DNA from: Hallerella sp.
GTDB lineage: Bacteria; Bacillota_I; Bacilli_A; RFN20; CAG-826
NCBI GenBank assembly: GCA_963648925.1
Contig: CAVJFO010000003.1
Span: 58,304 to 122,303 of the forward strand
DNA length: 64,000 nt
Direction: 5' to 3'
The position numbers were made by a program, and so were the translations under genes. The notes below the pieces were generated by a model. It did no database searches, was not told the DNA's origin, and was given only the letters and a program-made list of their open reading frames with translations. Within the stretch, counting starts at the first letter, position 1; every line of letters begins with the position of its first letter. This document shows positions 63,857 through 64,000 of the stretch, in pieces.

Positions 63857-64000
63857 ATGGAAGATAAGAAAAACATTGCCGTTATATTGATGGGCGGAAA
63901 AGGAGAAAGATTTTCTTCTGAAACGCCTAAGCAATTCATAAAAGTTAACAATCAAGAACTTTTCATCTATTGCGCTAAAACGTTTGCTTCTATTTCGGAA
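63857..64000 (+). CDS. IspD/TarI-family cytidylyltransferase, N-terminal fragment (partial)
   Basis: IAVILMGGKGERFSSETPKQFIKV is the family N-terminal motif. The ORF runs off the window. Confidence 0.7.
   Translation, partial: MEDKKNIAVILMGGKGERFSSETPKQFIKVNNQELFIYCAKTFASISE

Noticed and set aside
1-64000. Scan for CRISPR arrays, transposases/IS ends, integrases, prophage genes, toxin-antitoxin pairs and known defence-system signatures.
   Set aside because: I recognised no repeat-spacer array, no transposase or recombinase motif and no defence-type domain (nuclease-helicase, TIR, Sir2, and similar). The macro-domain gene has no DarT-like partner next to it.

Overview
AT-rich, gene-dense chromosomal window from a low-G+C Bacillota/Mycoplasmatota-type bacterium. 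It uses the standard genetic code: TGA acts as a stop and Trp is TGG. I saw no transposase, integrase, phage gene, CRISPR array, rRNA or tRNA. Most of the window is housekeeping DNA whose order matches Bacillus-type core synteny: parA-parB; cmk-der-hup; dnaD-nth facing recU; gpsB-rnpB; pgsA-cinA-recA-rny-ymdB; miaB-miaA; fhs; csp; ychF; ispF-argS-rpoE. Three RNA elements are recognisable by eye: an FMN riboswitch before ribU, a TPP riboswitch before thiT, and a compact type-B RNase P RNA (rnpB). The one clearly accessory block is a roughly 19-kb fructan/sucrose utilisation locus (about 12370-31730). It contains an MsmK-type ATPase, a fructokinase, a LacI regulator, an ABC importer and three GH32 enzymes (TM-anchored, lipoprotein and cytoplasmic). 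It also holds two large non-catalytic lipoproteins built from tandem copies of a beta-sandwich-like module, an unlisted 52-aa ORF and a Ser-rich mini-lipoprotein. Two promoters with near-identical architecture drive it: -35, cre box in the spacer, -10, then a perfect 16-18 bp palindrome. Other points worth a second look: (a) MiaB carries a roughly 100-aa C-terminal YmcA/RicA-like extension next to rny-ymdB; (b) there is a tandem pair of MacB-type fused ABC proteins; (c) the TPP riboswitch also controls an unknown 6-TM protein; (d) a GC-rich structured leader precedes a macro-domain gene; (e) the ORF track misses several genes (a 377-codon partial membrane protein, a 58-aa ferredoxin, and 52-aa and 43-aa ORFs). 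All family assignments come from motif recognition by eye, with no database search.
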